A DNA stretch of 64,000 nucleotides from an uncultured Armatimonadetes bacterium (GTDB lineage Bacteria > Armatimonadota > Hebobacteria > Hebobacterales > Hebobacteraceae), in NCBI GenBank assembly GCA_963716175.1, contig OY970296.1:2048001-2112000 (forward strand), in the 5' to 3' direction. A program made the translations under genes and the position numbers. This document shows, in pieces, positions 10,842 to 19,944 of this stretch. The notes beneath the pieces were generated by a model that had not been told where the DNA came from, searched no databases, and saw nothing but the letters and a program-made list of their open reading frames with translations. Numbering within the stretch: the stretch's first letter is position 1; each line of letters begins with the position of its first letter.

Positions 10842-11143
10842 CCCACGACACTCCCTCGGTGGCGGCGGTACTCCTGCTGTAGGTTAGCTCGGACGCTGAC
10901 ACTCATGTGGGCGGTGTCCGCATCAAGGCATGGCATTGGGCCAGGAACGCGAGTTCCGTCGCGAGGCGCGCAACCGTGACTATCGCACCACGTGGCCGAA
11001 GCGCACCCTCTCCGGGAGACTGGCGCATACAGCGCGTTCCCGGAACCTGGCGGCCAGGTCTGTCCCTCTCCCGTTCTACCCAAGATGCGGACCGTGATCG
11101 CCGCCCAGTCACTCCCTTTCGGCATGACGAACAGGCACTTGGC

Positions 11144-11262
11144 GTCACTGGCCTGGGTTCCGTCGCCACTCATCGCAGACGGCTCTTCCCAGACACGCGG
11201 GTCACCGCGTTCCGACTGGCGGCGTGATGTCAGGTTGGCTCGACGGGCACCGGACGCGGACA
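11144..11262 (+). repeat. Family A repeat, core tail + right arm R2
   Basis: gtcactggcctgggttccgtcgc...gacacgcgggtcac...ggcggcgtgatgtcagg...cggaca. Confidence 0.75.
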
Positions 11263-11344
11263 GGCGCGCCTGTCCGCTGCGGGACACCAGTCCGAACATC
11301 AGGGAGAGGGGAGAGAACAACACAAGGATCACGTACCAGAACAT
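11263..11344 (-). pseudogene. Possible N-terminal remnant of an IS integrase/transposase
   Basis: MFWYVILVLFSPLSLMFGL recalls the hydrophobic N-termini of some integrase-core IS proteins; cut at the repeat end. Confidence 0.35.
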
Positions 11345-11471
11345 GGCCGGCAGGATGCCGCAGTGAGGGCGAGAAGTCAATGCCGAGGGTGACCAGGAGC
11401 CGAGGCGCCTGGCTTCCTGGATGCCTCAGACTAGTTCTGGTACACTTCGAGCACGGCGAGGAGGATCCACG

Positions 11472-12719
11472 ATGCCCCGAATGCTGCGTGTCCTGTTGGT
11501 TGTTCTGCTGCTGGCGCTCCTGCTGGCCGGCGCGGCACTGGCCCAGCCCGAGGCGAAGAGCGCGATCCTGTTCATCGGCGACGGCATGGGGCCGATGCAG
11601 ATTCTGATTGGCCAGGCTGCGAACGGCGGCGAGAAGCTGGTGTTCCAGCGCATGCCCGTCTCCGGTGTCGTGTGGACGCTCAACGGCGGCGGCTGGGTCA
11701 CGGATTCGGCGGATGCCTCCACTGCGCTGTCGAGCGGGCACAAGACCGCCGATCATCTCGGCCTCGACATGAACGGCCGCCGAACGTGGACCACGGCCGA
11801 GGAGGCGATGGCGGAGGGCAAGAGCGTGGGCATCATCTCGAACGATTCGCTGTGGGGGGCGACGCCCGCGGGCTTCGTGGCCCATGCCGAGAACAGGGGG
11901 ATGTCGGCCGAGATCGCCGAGCAGGTGGCGCGCTCGGGCGCGATGGTGTTGATGGGGGTCGGGAAAGAGGCGTTCCTGCCCAAGAGCAAGGGCGGGGAGC
12001 GGACGGATAGCAGGGACCTGATTTCCGAGATGAAGCGAAGCGGATACCGTGTCGTCTACAACCGCGATGAGATGATGAAGGCAGACCAGCCCCGGCTCCT
12101 TGGGCTGTTCGAGGACGAAACCGCGCCGACGCTGGCGGAGCAAGTCTCGGCCGCGCTGAGGCGACTGAGCACCGATGAGCAGGGGTTCTTCCTGATCGTC
12201 GAGCAGGCGCGGGTGGATTGGAAGGTCGGCGATCCTTCGGGCGTGGCGCAGGACGTGCTGGGGCTGGACAAAGCAGTGCAGGTGGCGCTGAACCACGCGA
12301 CCACGGCCGGTGACACGCTGGTGGTCGTGACCGCCGATCACGAGACCGGCGGCTTGCTCATCGTTGACCCTGAGAAGGTAAGCATCCTCAGCCAGATCCC
12401 GCGCACCGCGGCCGACATCGCCGCCCAGGTGAATGCTGACCGCAGCAACATCAGGGAGGTGATGAAGCAGTACGCGGCCATCGCTGACCTAACCGAGGCC
12501 GAGCTGCAGCAGATCGCGACGGCGAAGGACGCCGAGGCGGGCATCGGCGCAGTGATCGGCGAGCGCGCCGGCCTGAAGTGGTGCACTGGGGACCACACGA
12601 TGACGCCAGTCAGAATCTACGCGTTCGGGCCGGGTTCGGAGCGCTTCTGCGGCGACATTGACAACACAGACATCGCGAAGCGGATGGGGCGGGCGTTCGA
12701 GGCGTTCTGGTCCGACTAG
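11472..12719 (+). CDS. Secreted alkaline phosphatase family protein
   Basis: Signal peptide; IGDGMG, TDSA, ATPA, TADHETGG, GDHT and DNTDI motifs. Confidence 0.9.
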   Translation: MPRMLRVLLVVLLLALLLAGAALAQPEAKSAILFIGDGMGPMQILIGQAANGGEKLVFQRMPVSGVVWTLNGGGWVTDSADASTALSSGHKTADHLGLDMNGRRTWTTAEEAMAEGKSVGIISNDSLWGATPAGFVAHAENRGMSAEIAEQVARSGAMVLMGVGKEAFLPKSKGGERTDSRDLISEMKRSGYRVVYNRDEMMKADQPRLLGLFEDETAPTLAEQVSAALRRLSTDEQGFFLIVEQARVDWKVGDPSGVAQDVLGLDKAVQVALNHATTAGDTLVVVTADHETGGLLIVDPEKVSILSQIPRTAADIAAQVNADRSNIREVMKQYAAIADLTEAELQQIATAKDAEAGIGAVIGERAGLKWCTGDHTMTPVRIYAFGPGSERFCGDIDNTDIAKRMGRAFEAFWSD

Positions 12720-12740
12720 CCCGGCGGCTGCGCGACTTCG

Positions 12741-13010
12741 TGCCCCGCAACCCCCCGTGAAGCCAGCCTGGGGACCCCTCGACCCCGGGTGCCCCGTGGG
12801 CTTGGAGTTCACTGTCCGGGGTTCCGTCGCGTGTGGCGACAGCGGCCGCGACACCGTGGCGATGACCGGCAACCCCGTCCAGTCAGGACCTCGCCCGGGA
12901 TCATCCTCCGTCCTTCGTGCCTCCCGGAACAGGGGTATCAGTGGATGGAGAGAATACTACGACTGAGGCTGCAGGTGGCGTCCTGGGAGCCGGATGAGTT
13001 ACTGGACAGC
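12741..13010 (+). repeat. Family A repeat, L1 + core + R1
   Basis: gcaaccccccgtgaagccagcctg...actgtccggggttccgtcgcg...cctgggagccggatgagttactggacagc. Confidence 0.85.
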
Positions 13011-13129
13011 GCGGGCAGCAGCACTCTCCTCGCGTGGCCGTGGCCGGCATGTCCTCATCGCCAAGGAGCGAACCTGCCCTGTTACTCGCCGCGGTGGTGA
13101 CGGCCATGGTCGTGCGCAATGCTACAGAT

Positions 13130-13325
13130 GGCCGACGGCTCCGGTCACCCTCGACTCCGGCTACCCGCCCGGCTGGGAGTCACTGGGCGGGTTACGTCGG
13201 GTGTACGGCTGATCCTTGCCCGCACGCAGGCTCGGGAACCGCTCAGCGGTGTCTCATCGTCTCCTAACACCGACACGCGGGGTCATGTCTGTTACTCAGC
13301 GGCAACCGCCGCGTGCTGCTGATGC
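13130..13325 (+). repeat. Family A repeat, L2 + core + degenerate R2
   Basis: gccgacggctccggtcaccctcgactccggctacccgcccggctgggagtcact...gacacgcggggtca. Confidence 0.7.
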
Positions 13326-13368
13326 CAATTCTCCCCCACCATCCAGTGCCGAGCCGCGCACCCCCGAT

Positions 13369-14694
13369 CTACGTCACCGCCCATACGCTCGATGGCTGCT
13401 TGGGGAAGAGGATCCGCAGCAGCACTCTGGCGTCGCTGCCACAGGCGTAGCAGTCCGGATTGACGTGGCGGAGGTCCTCCAGCGAGTGCATGCCGAAGAG
13501 CATGTGCAGGAAGGTGCCGCTTCGGAAACAGCCTGACTCGCCCTCTTGCGCTGGCGACCACGGCTCGGCGACCGTGAGCCTGCCCTTCGTGAAAGCCAGC
13601 CGCAGGCCATCCCGGAAGAAGCTGAGCTTCAGTTCCCCCGTCCACCGGGGTGCGATGGACCTCGCCAGTCGCGCCTGCAGCACCGGTGCGATGAGGCGCA
13701 GGAACCCGGGCAGGTCCGGCACACGGAGGTAGAACGCGTAGGGCTCACCGCCGGGCTGCAGGAAGTCGGGCGCCGCCTCGTAGGCAGGATGCCGCGTTCC
13801 CAACTCGAAGCGCAGCCACTCCAACTCTTTGCCATCCCGCGCTGCGTACTCGGACCCTGCGGCATTCAGGTACCGCAGTACGCTCGGCGTGGCCCCCAGC
13901 CAGTCCGCGCCGGCCCTGAGTTCGTAGAGCACGGCTGTAATCGCGTTGCCCCGGAGAGCGCCACCATGAGCGAGCAGGCCCAGGCGCTCCCCTCTCGGTG
14001 TCGCGACGACGCGGAACTGCTCGCCAGTGGTGCGGCCGAACGCGAAGTAGCGCCATAGCCTCGGCGAGGGCACGCTTGAGACGAGAGAACGCTTCCGGCC
14101 CTGCGCATAGACCCGCGCCATGAAGGGCAGGTCGGCCTCCGCCGCGGGACGCACCAGGTAGGGCTCTTCCTCTCCCTCCTTGAGCTTGGGCACATCGCAC
14201 GTGTGGCCGCGGCGGCCGGCATCGAGTTCCAGTGCCATTTCGTAGCCGAACTGGCGATAGAAGTTTGGGATGCCGGCGATCGCCTGCAGCACCTGCCCGC
14301 GCTGTGCGCTCCACTTATGTATGATATCGAACTGCGCGCGGATGAGGCCACGCCGCCGGTAGCTGGGGTCTGTCGCCACAAGCTCCGGCCGGCCGATGGC
14401 GAACTCTATCCCTCCATATGACCACCGCTGAGACAGCAGACAGAGCGAGGAGACGATCTCCCCAGTACGCGGGTCTTCGACGACCGTGAAGTCGCGAGGC
14501 CTGAAGGTAGGGTACCGGCCCGCCATCAGATCGCCGGTCCAATGCACCACGAACTGATCCGGGTCCTCGGGGCTTCCGAGAGTCCGGCCGGTGAAGCGCA
14601 CCAGGGCCTCCGTGTCTTCGGGCGTCGCCCGGCGCAGCACGAGACCATCTACCAACTCCCGGATGATTGCCCCGCCTCTCCTCGGTTTCTGCAT
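13369..14694 (-). CDS. GNAT family N-acetyltransferase (Eis-like)
   Basis: ELVATDPSYRRRGLIR and GIPNFYRQFGYE motifs; GAGGAG RBS. Confidence 0.85.
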   Translation of the reverse strand: MQKPRRGGAIIRELVDGLVLRRATPEDTEALVRFTGRTLGSPEDPDQFVVHWTGDLMAGRYPTFRPRDFTVVEDPRTGEIVSSLCLLSQRWSYGGIEFAIGRPELVATDPSYRRRGLIRAQFDIIHKWSAQRGQVLQAIAGIPNFYRQFGYEMALELDAGRRGHTCDVPKLKEGEEEPYLVRPAAEADLPFMARVYAQGRKRSLVSSVPSPRLWRYFAFGRTTGEQFRVVATPRGERLGLLAHGGALRGNAITAVLYELRAGADWLGATPSVLRYLNAAGSEYAARDGKELEWLRFELGTRHPAYEAAPDFLQPGGEPYAFYLRVPDLPGFLRLIAPVLQARLARSIAPRWTGELKLSFFRDGLRLAFTKGRLTVAEPWSPAQEGESGCFRSGTFLHMLFGMHSLEDLRHVNPDCYACGSDARVLLRILFPKQPSSVWAVT

Positions 14695-14830
14695 CCCTGT
14701 CTCCTCAAGAAATGACACACGCCTGCCTGGCGCCACCCGGTAAGTCGGATGACGCAAAGCAGGCGCGCAATGGGCTGAGGTGCGTATTCCTGCTAGAGCA
14801 GTATGGTTCTCTCCGTGGTCAGCCGTGGAT

Positions 14831-14859
14831 AATCTAGCCCAAGGTCACCTTCGTGTCAA
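14831..14859 (-). promoter_or_regulatory. Sigma70-type promoter for the GNAT gene
   Basis: TTGACA-N17-TAGATT on the - strand. Confidence 0.55.
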
Positions 14860-14912
14860 GCTTCGCAAGCCCCTCACTCACGATCTTCCGGCGTTTCGCG
14901 ACCACCTTTCCT

Positions 14913-15172
14913 TGTCAACCGCCCGTGGAGCCGCCCCCGCGCACCCCCTGACTCCGGCTACCCCCTCAGCTGGAGTCACTGTCCGGGGTTCCGTCGCGGG
15001 TGGGGAAGGGAGCCGCGCCACGGCGGCGACCATGGAAGGTCCGCCCCGTCGAGTCCGCTTTTGACCTCCTCACCCATCCTAGGTGCCTCCGAAACCCTAG
15101 TCTCAGCGATCACGGAAATCAGCACGACTGGGCCTCCAGGAGGGTCCTGAGCGCCAGACGGGTTCTTGGACA
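14913..15172 (+). repeat. Family A repeat, L1 + core + R1
   Basis: tgtcaaccgcccgtggagccg...gactccggctaccccctcagctggagtcactgtccggggttccgtcgcg...cagacgggttcttggaca. Confidence 0.85.
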
Positions 15173-15254
15173 CTAACGGGGGATTCAGAGGGGAAGTGAG
15201 TAGTCGCGGAGACGCGGCAGAGGCGTGCCTACGTGCAGGAGACCAGCTTCTGCC

Positions 15255-16106
15255 CTACCGATACTGCTTGATCATCTCGAGGAACTTCGGGTACTCCCCG
15301 TCGAGCATGTGGTAGCATTGCTCGTCGGCAGGGAACTTGCCGGTGCGGACATCGTCGCAGTAGTCCTTCATGGCCTTGGTGACCATTTCGGCGACGTTGC
15401 AGTAGCGCTTGACGAACTTGGGCGTGAATGCCTGGAACTGGCCGATGAGGTCGCTCACAATCAGCAACTGGCCGTCGCAGTACATTCCCGCGCCGATGGA
15501 GAGCACGGGGATAGTGAGCCGCTCGGCAATGAACTTGCCGACCTCCGGCGGGATCGCCTCCAGCAAGAGCAACTGCACACTTGCATCCTGCAGCGCCATG
15601 GCGTCTTCGATCAGAGCCTGCGCGGATGCGACGGTGCGGCCCTGCGCCTTGTGCCCGCCGAGCTGGCCCGAGCTTTGCGGCGTGAGGCCAATGTGTCCAC
15701 AGGCGACGATGCCGGCGTCGAGAATCCCGCGCACCATGGGAATGACGCGCCGGCCGCCCTCCAGCTTGACTGCATCAACCCCAGCCTCCTTGAGAAAGCG
15801 GCCCGCGTTCTCGATCGCCTTTTCCACCGACGACTGGTAGCTCATGAAGGGCATGTCGCCGATCACGAAAGTGTTGGGCGCGCCCCGCCTCACCGCTTCA
15901 CAGTGCACGATGCACTGAGCCATGGTCACCGGAATGGTGTTCGGGTATCCGTAGACGCACATGCCCAGTGAATCGCCGACCAGGATCATGTCCATCCCCG
16001 CCGCCTCGGCGAACTGTGCGGTGGGGTAGTCGTAGGCGGTGATCCAGGTGATCTTCTCACCCCGGCGCTTCATGGCGTAGAAGTCGTGGGTCATCTTCTT
16101 TGGCAT
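15255..16106 (-). CDS. panB: 3-methyl-2-oxobutanoate hydroxymethyltransferase
   Basis: TAYDY, ILVGDSLGM, DMPFMSY, VKLEGG, GHIGLTPQ, IGAG..CDGQ and PKFVK motifs. Confidence 0.97.
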   Translation of the reverse strand: MPKKMTHDFYAMKRRGEKITWITAYDYPTAQFAEAAGMDMILVGDSLGMCVYGYPNTIPVTMAQCIVHCEAVRRGAPNTFVIGDMPFMSYQSSVEKAIENAGRFLKEAGVDAVKLEGGRRVIPMVRGILDAGIVACGHIGLTPQSSGQLGGHKAQGRTVASAQALIEDAMALQDASVQLLLLEAIPPEVGKFIAERLTIPVLSIGAGMYCDGQLLIVSDLIGQFQAFTPKFVKRYCNVAEMVTKAMKDYCDDVRTGKFPADEQCYHMLDGEYPKFLEMIKQYR

Positions 16107-16317
16107 GAGGTGCACCTCCGCGTCGAGACAGCCGAGCTTGAGGTGGCTTCTTTTTGTGTCACGAGGCAGATTACCTTCCCGGAGCGCACCCAAGAATGCT
16201 ATCGGGCGTTCTGGAGCGCTGCGACGCATTCTGTTGGGGCATTGTGCGCGTGTGGCGCGCCCGGGAGGCTGGCCTGAGAGCCTGGGGGGTTGTCTGTCCC
16301 CCTCTGCTGCCAGCCAC

Positions 16318-16519
16318 GCCGGCCACCCCCGACCCCGGCTACCCCCTCGGCTGCGGGTCCTGCTCGGGTCTGCGTCGCCGATGCAGGCAAGCGTACTCCC
16401 CCGGAGAGAACCGTATCCGAGGGCTTCATCGAATGGTCCCGTATGGTAGAATGCCCAGGACTCACTGGCAGGTAACAGGGCTGTCCGAGGTGTCCGATTG
16501 CCATTTGACACCCGCAGAC
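16318..16519 (+). repeat. Family A repeat, core + right arm R3
   Basis: ccacccccgaccccggctaccccctcggctgcgggtc...ccggagagaac...ctgtccgaggtg...ttgacacccgcagac; aligns with 45654-45858. Confidence 0.75.
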
Positions 16520-16668
16520 TGTTCGACCAGCGCCCCGGGCACTCGTTCCCGGAAGGCCCGGTCCCAATCCAGATCGGGGTGCCGGTGCCACATCGGATAG
16601 TTGTACTTGACCTCAGACCAAACAGTCGCAAGCCCAACCAGCCTCTCCTCGCGCGTCAACCCTCCCAT
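16520..16668 (-). pseudogene. N-terminal fragment of an S41-type peptidase
   Basis: LTREERLVGLATVWSEVKYNYP...LDWD; GGAGG RBS; runs into the R3 repeat end. Confidence 0.55.
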
Positions 16669-16730
16669 CGCTCTGCCTCCCATGTCGTCGCCTTCGCCGC
16701 TCAGCCCGCCCACTCCCGCCGACTCCGGGT

Positions 16731-17002
16731 TTGCATGTCAACTGCCCGTGAATCCGGCCTGAGGGCACCCTGACCCCGGCTACCCTCTAGGCTGGTGTCA
16801 CTGTCCGGGGTTGCGCCGCGTATGAGACGTGACCAACTAGGGCACGGCAGGGGCCGAGTGCTGGAGGTCCCGCCCAGTCCAACCCCGCTCACCATCCCCG
16901 CCCATCCTCGCCGCCTCCCAGCACAAGTGTGTCAGCGATCGCCGGGAATAGCACCATTGGGGCGGCAGGAGCGCCCTGGGAACCAGATGGGTTTCCGGAC
17001 AG
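16731..17002 (+). repeat. Family A repeat, L1 + core + R1 (closest to copy 49815)
   Basis: tgtcaactgcccgtgaatccggcctgagggc...cctgggaaccagatgggtttccggacag. Confidence 0.9.
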
Positions 17003-17133
17003 CACGCCCACGGCCAGCTGGCACAGCGCTTTCTCCGGCATCACACTTATCCCCACGCGGCGATGGTCTGCAGGAACGGCTACTGGGCCGCTGGTATCGT
17101 CGGCAGTAGCTGCTGCGCCCCCTTGGACAAGTG

Positions 17134-17877
17134 ATGAGCACGCAATCGGCCCTCCGCGTGGTGAGTGTTTACCGTCAGTTCGACGCGACGCGCCTCGAGC
17201 TGGAGGTCGCCGGCCGCCGCGGCTTCATCATCGTGCCCGAGGCGCGGTCGCGGCCCACGCCGTGGGTGTGGTACGCGCCGCACTTCGACGGGGTAATGCC
17301 GCGGGAGATCCACACCTGGATCTGCACCCGGCTGCTCGCGGCAGGAGTGGCGATCGCCGGCGTGGATGTCGGCGAGTCTTATGGCAGCCCCGCGGGCCGG
17401 CGGACCTTCACCGCCTTCCTCGACGCCCTCGTGCCTGCCTATGAGCTGGCGGCGCGGCCGACTCTGCTGGGGCAGAGCCGCGGCGGACTCATGCACTACA
17501 ACTGGGCGGTGGAGCACCCCGACCGGGTGTTGCGCATTGCTGGCATCTACCCCGTGTGCAACCTCGCTGCCTGGCCCGGCGCCCCGAAGGCGGCGGAGGC
17601 CTACGAGATAATGCCGGAGCAGCTCCAGGCGGCACTGGTGGAGCACAACCCGATCGATCGCCTGGCGCCTCTCGCCGCAGCCCGCGTGCCGATCTTCCAC
17701 GTGCATGGCGATGCCGATGACGTGATCACGCTGGAGGAGCACTCGGCCGAACTGGCGCGACGCTACCAGGCGTTGGGTGGACCGATGGAGTTGCTCATCA
17801 TCCCCGGCGCCGGCCACGAAGAGATCAGTGCCTTCTTCGAATGCCCGCGGCTTGTCGACTTCTTGATCGGAGGCTGA
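17134..17877 (+). CDS. Alpha/beta hydrolase (prolyl oligopeptidase-like)
   Basis: GQSRGG nucleophile, HGDADD and GAGH. Confidence 0.85.
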   Translation: MSTQSALRVVSVYRQFDATRLELEVAGRRGFIIVPEARSRPTPWVWYAPHFDGVMPREIHTWICTRLLAAGVAIAGVDVGESYGSPAGRRTFTAFLDALVPAYELAARPTLLGQSRGGLMHYNWAVEHPDRVLRIAGIYPVCNLAAWPGAPKAAEAYEIMPEQLQAALVEHNPIDRLAPLAAARVPIFHVHGDADDVITLEEHSAELARRYQALGGPMELLIIPGAGHEEISAFFECPRLVDFLIGG

Positions 17878-17920
17878 AAGAGACGAAAGCGGATCCCCGC
17901 GGATGAACGCGCATGGAACA

Positions 17921-18039
17921 TCAGAAGTCGTACACGATGCGCTTGACCTGGACCCGTGAGGTGCCGAAGTTGAGGAGCAGGCAGAGCTTGAGGCCGGAGG
18001 CCCGCAGGTAGTTGAGGCAGTGTGCGCGGTGAGCATCCT
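17921..18039 (-). pseudogene. C-terminal fragment of a GxxExxY protein
   Basis: HRAHCLNYLRASGLKLCLLLNFG..VKRIV; N-terminus replaced by a repeat. Confidence 0.75.
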
Positions 18040-18110
18040 TGCGTGTGTTGACGGCCCGTAGCACCGTCCTGAGCGTGTTGTGGGCTTGCCCCGGGTCGGC
18101 TACCCCGCGC
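18040..18110 (+). repeat. Family A repeat, degenerate L1 + partial core
   Basis: gtgttgacggcccgtagcaccgtcctgag versus consensus gtgtcaaccgcccgtggagccggcctgag. Confidence 0.5.
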
Positions 18111-18145
18111 ACGATGTTGTACCCAGATGAGACCGCGGTTCGGCA

Positions 18146-18378
18146 CTCCCGACATCCCCGACTCCGGCTACCCCCTCGGGTTGGGGTTGTGCGGGGTTCC
18201 GTCTGTGGATGACCGCGCCGGCCTTCCCACGGTCGTGACTGTCAGCCGGCCCGCCCAGCCGGATCTGCCCTCGCGATTCCTGCTTGTCCTCCGCCAGAAC
18301 AGGGGCGTCAGTGATCGCAGAGAAGACCACCAGCGTGGCTCCAGCACCGCTCTGGGAGCCAGATGAGCTGTTGCGCAG
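18146..18378 (+). repeat. Family A repeat, core + R1
   Basis: ccccgactccggctaccccctcggg...ggggttccgtc...tctgggagccagatgag. Confidence 0.8.
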
Positions 18379-18477
18379 GACGGGGGGTGCACCGCCGAGA
18401 AGGACGTGAAGGTGTCCGGGCAACGGTCGCGCCGAGCTCCCCCGGAATGCGCAGCCCAGGGAAGAGGTACCCTCGAA

Positions 18478-19437
18478 ATGTCGCCGGACGCTGGTCAGAA
18501 CCCCGTTCAGCTTCGATGTCTGACGATCCTCCCTGCTCTCTTAGGTCTTGCCTGGCCAACCCTGGGACTCGGGGTTGTGGCGCGAGGCGGCGCGGCCGCC
18601 CCTGCGGCAGCCGCGGGATGCGACCCGTTCGGGGTCCGGAAGCTCTTCCCCACGCAGCCGGGAGGGCGGGAGTGGTTCGCCCGGTGGAGTAACGGCCATC
18701 CTCGGGAGTTCGCCAACGCGATCGACCCCGACGATCCCTGGTTCGATACGGACCACGGCGACGGCCGGTACGTCGTGGATGGCCGCGGGAAACTCACTGC
18801 CACCGGGGACCACGTAAGGATGTACGTGCACGATCCTCGCAAGCAGGCCGAGTGGGGTGAGAACCTGGAGATCACGGTCTACATCCGGCGGATCGGCGAG
18901 ACCAAGCTGCTCTCCTACTCCGGGCTTCAGATCTTCGCGCGAACAAACCACGGAACGACCGGCCCCGAGCTGCAGGATCTATGCGACGACCGGGGGTACG
19001 GCGCCAAGGTGCTGGTGGATGGGTGTTGGGAGTTCGAGAAGGAGACGGCGCACCACCTGGACAAAGGCTACACGAGCGTGGCCACGGCCCGCCCGTGGCT
19101 GGCCCTGCCGAAGAACACGCTGGTGGGCGTGAAGTACGTCATCCGCAACGTCCACGGCGGCACCCATGTGAAAGTGGAGCTTTACCGCGACCTAGCGGGC
19201 GGCCTCGGTGGAGGCACTTGGCAGAAGATCACCGAGTTCATCGACACCGGCGCCAACTGGGGTGTGGGCGCCGGAGCCTGCAGGCCTGGTGTCAAGCCGG
19301 AGCTGCCCCTGATGCGGCCCCTAGTCCTGTGCGATTCCGAGAGCGGGAAGCCAATCATGACGGTGTACTTCCGCCATGAATTTGGCACCATCGAGTATCA
19401 GTGGGCCAGCATCCGGGAGATCGCGCCGCTGCCGTGA
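18478..19437 (+). CDS. Secreted hypothetical protein, possibly carbohydrate-active (beta-rich)
   Basis: Hydrophobic signal-like N-terminus; DPFGVRKLFPT..GGREW and FEKE..H patterns; start codon uncertain. Confidence 0.6.
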   Translation: MSPDAGQNPVQLRCLTILPALLGLAWPTLGLGVVARGGAAAPAAAAGCDPFGVRKLFPTQPGGREWFARWSNGHPREFANAIDPDDPWFDTDHGDGRYVVDGRGKLTATGDHVRMYVHDPRKQAEWGENLEITVYIRRIGETKLLSYSGLQIFARTNHGTTGPELQDLCDDRGYGAKVLVDGCWEFEKETAHHLDKGYTSVATARPWLALPKNTLVGVKYVIRNVHGGTHVKVELYRDLAGGLGGGTWQKITEFIDTGANWGVGAGACRPGVKPELPLMRPLVLCDSESGKPIMTVYFRHEFGTIEYQWASIREIAPLP

Positions 19438-19553
19438 GGCGGCCCGGAGAACGGCTGCGGCCACAAGCCTGGCCGGGACGTGGCGTTCCGGGGGCGCGTG
19501 AGCGAAGTCCATCCGAGTAGTAGCGGCGGGTGCGCTGCGGACTCGTGTCCCTC

Positions 19554-19742
19554 TGTCCGTGTCAACCGCCCGTGGAGCCGGCCTGAGGGCACCCCCGACT
19601 CCGGCTATCCCCTCGGCGTGGAGTCACGGCCCGGGGCTCAGTCGCGGGTCGTCGTGCGACGGCGCTTCCCTGACACGCGGGTCACAGCCTTCTGGTTGGC
19701 GGCGTGATGTCAGGCCGGCTCCAGGGGCCCCTAACAGGGGCA
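19554..19742 (+). mobile_element. Complete MITE-like family A copy (L1 + core + R2) with imperfect terminal inverted repeats
   Basis: Left TGTCCGTGTCAACCGCCCGTGGAGCCGGCCTGA; right TCAGGCCGGCTCCAGGGGCCCCTAACAGGGGCA; no target duplication seen. Confidence 0.7.
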
Positions 19743-19834
19743 GCCTAGAGCATGTTCCGACCGAAAGCGGCTGCCGACACCGGAAGCGGTCGCGCTCTGG
19801 CCGCGGGACTGGGGCACAGGAGGAGGAAGCGAAC

Positions 19835-19888
19835 ATGGACATCTACGATGCGATCAGAACGCGGCGCATTGTGAAGCCACACGAGAGT
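19835..19888 (+). pseudogene. Nitroreductase N-terminal fragment
   Basis: AGGAGGAGG RBS then MDIYDAIRTRRIVK; cut by an R1 end. Confidence 0.65.
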
Positions 19889-19917
19889 CCTGGGAACCAG
19901 ATGGGTTTCTGGACAGC
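19889..19917 (+). repeat. Family A repeat, isolated R1 terminus
   Basis: cctgggaaccagatgggtttctggacagc, one mismatch to the end of copy 16731. Confidence 0.8.
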
Positions 19918-19944
19918 GCGGGCTCTTGGCGTGTAGGAGACGAC

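Noticed and set aside
16107-16310. pan RNA motif upstream of panB
   Set aside because: An inverted repeat exists (CCAAGAATGC/GCATTCTGTTGG), but I cannot match it to the known motif without an Infernal search.
15255-16637. N-terminal extensions in the ORF track (panB 460 aa, 26315, 55913, 53214 starts)
   Set aside because: The extensions run through repeats or intergenic DNA; downstream starts with RBS match the family N-termini.
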